Assembly: GCA_965240325.2 (NCBI GenBank) | Contig: OZ251236.1 | Location: forward strand, 248,001-312,000 | Direction: 5' to 3' | DNA length: 64,000 bases | Source: Rebecca billardiae RCC1528 | Lineage: Eukaryota; Protista; Haptophyta | In this document: positions 62,726 through 64,000 of the stretch, one piece after another | How the letters are laid out: every line of letters starts with the position of its first letter | Numbering within the stretch: position 1 is the stretch's first letter | The notes under the pieces: generated by a model | Databases searched by the model: none | What the model saw: only the letters and a program-made list of their open reading frames with translations | Told to the model about the DNA's origin: nothing | Made by a program: the position numbers and the translations under genes

Positions 62726-64000
62726 ATGCTTTTGACGTGCGCGGCCGCGACGTGGCTGCTTCTCCCCGCCGCCGTGGCGGGTGCTGGCCCCGCGCACGCA
62801 GCATCGGTGCTGGCATCGCCAGCTGGCCGGAGTCCGATCGATGCGGCTCGCACGCCGGCAGGCCCGACATCCACCTCCAAGTGCGCGCGCTTTGCGGGCG
62901 GCGGTGCGAGCAGCGTGTCACGTGTGCCACGGCGCATCTGCCTGACGGTCGTCTGGCGGGTGGGGAGGGGGGCGCGCGGCGAGGCGGGTGTGGCTCGGCG
63001 CACTTGGGGCCCACGACGCGCCTTAGCGCATTGTCCCTCCTGGCCGCACAGGGCGTCGGCCGGGCCTGCGCAGCAGTCGGGTTGCCATTGCTGCCCAGCC
63101 CACGGCCGCGCCCCCAAGGACGCGGCGCGCGCGTGCGGGCGCCTGCAGCGCGCATCCATGGTGCCAGCCGAGCACGGGGCGGCAGACCCGAGCGCGCCCC
63201 TGCGGCAACACCAACGACGGTAACTCACGACTGTCCCCCTCCCCCCCGCCCGCCGTCGCCCGGCGTGCGCGCGCGCGCGCGCTGCAGGAACCAGCGTCGG
63301 CTGGGGACGTACATCGGCAAGGGCGGGCCGGATGTTCTGGCTGCACCAGACGCCAGGCCCGCCCTGCTGCCGACCGCGCTCGACGGCTACAAGGCCATCC
63401 GCTACCACTACGTTGGCGGCGACAAGGGCGACGACACGCTTGACGGCGGCAGCGCCGGCACGGCCGCCTTCTACGGCGACGGCCTGGACGTCGTGAACGC
63501 CGTGTACGGCGGTGGCGGCGACGACGTGATCAACGACGATGGCGCGTCGTCGGCGGGCGCCGGCCTCCTGCTCGGCACGGGCGGCAGCGTGCTCAACGTC
63601 GTGCGCGGCCAGTCGGGTGACGACACCATCAACACCGACCGTGGCGGCTCCGCTGGCGTCGGCATCGGCGGCACGGGTGGCGATGCTGTCAACATCGTGT
63701 TCGGCGGGCGCGGCGACGACGACGTCAACTACAATGGTGGTGGCGACGCTGGCGATGCGCAGCTCCACGGCCAAGGTGGCAACGCGCTCAACGTGCTTCT
63801 CGGGCGGCAGGGCGACGACGACCTCAACGACGACGGCGGCAAGGCCGGCGACGCCACCTGGAACTCGGCCGGCGGCAGCGCCGTGAACATTGTGGCCGGC
63901 GGCGCCGGATCCGACACGATCCAGTACGACGGCGGCGACGCGGGTGACGGTGCGCAGGGCGGCACGGGCGGCAACGTGCTCAACATCCTCTCCGGCGGCC
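62726..64000 (+). CDS. Secreted Gly/Asp-rich protein with RTX/haemolysin-type Ca-binding-like repeats; truncated by the window end
   Basis: Signal peptide MLLTCAAATWLLLPAAVAGA. Introns at 62881-63051 and 63220-63287. The exon from 63288 reads GDKGDDTL, GGGGDDVI, GQSGDDTI, GGRGDDDV, GGQGDDDL and GGAGSDTI at ~32-aa spacing. This exon is absent from the ORF track. Confidence 0.8.

Overview
This is eukaryotic, very GC-rich, gene-dense nuclear DNA with short spliceosomal introns (mostly GTGCGC...CAG) and short AT-richer intergenic stretches. The composition and plastid-type genes suggest a microalga, possibly a haptophyte; the taxon is an inference. Most of the supplied ORF track is antisense or out-of-frame noise. 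About 17 genes are supportable. They include a FLASH-like coiled-coil protein, a CAP-Gly protein with tandem CbbX/SpoVK-type AAA+ domains, hydroxypyruvate isomerase, a ferric-reductase-like flavocytochrome, a SEL1-repeat/MYND protein and an M41-like HEAGH protein. Also present are a PAQR receptor, a homeodomain factor, a multi-cNMP-binding protein, a CaMK-type kinase, a myosin, a DUF3593/Ycf49/FAM210-like fusion, a C2HC zinc-finger protein and an RTX-like Gly/Asp-repeat secreted protein cut by the window end. The standout is one giant spliced minus-strand gene (at least 16072 to 4654) that the ORF track hides. It encodes a 22-aa repeat region, then six plant-type LRRs each on its own phase-2 exon, a ~1400-aa Ser-Pro-Pro-Pro extensin-like stalk, a bacterial-type Ca-binding surface module and a polycystin-1-like membrane region. 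Four of the LRR exon+intron units form a recent 217-bp tandem array with near-identical introns and substitutions concentrated in the ligand-facing LRR positions. The window also holds a hAT-type MITE with an 8-bp target-site duplication and two ~1-kb segments bounded by TA-ended inverted repeats with hairpins. No rRNA, tRNA or CRISPR array was seen. Exon models are manual readings and need RNA-seq confirmation.
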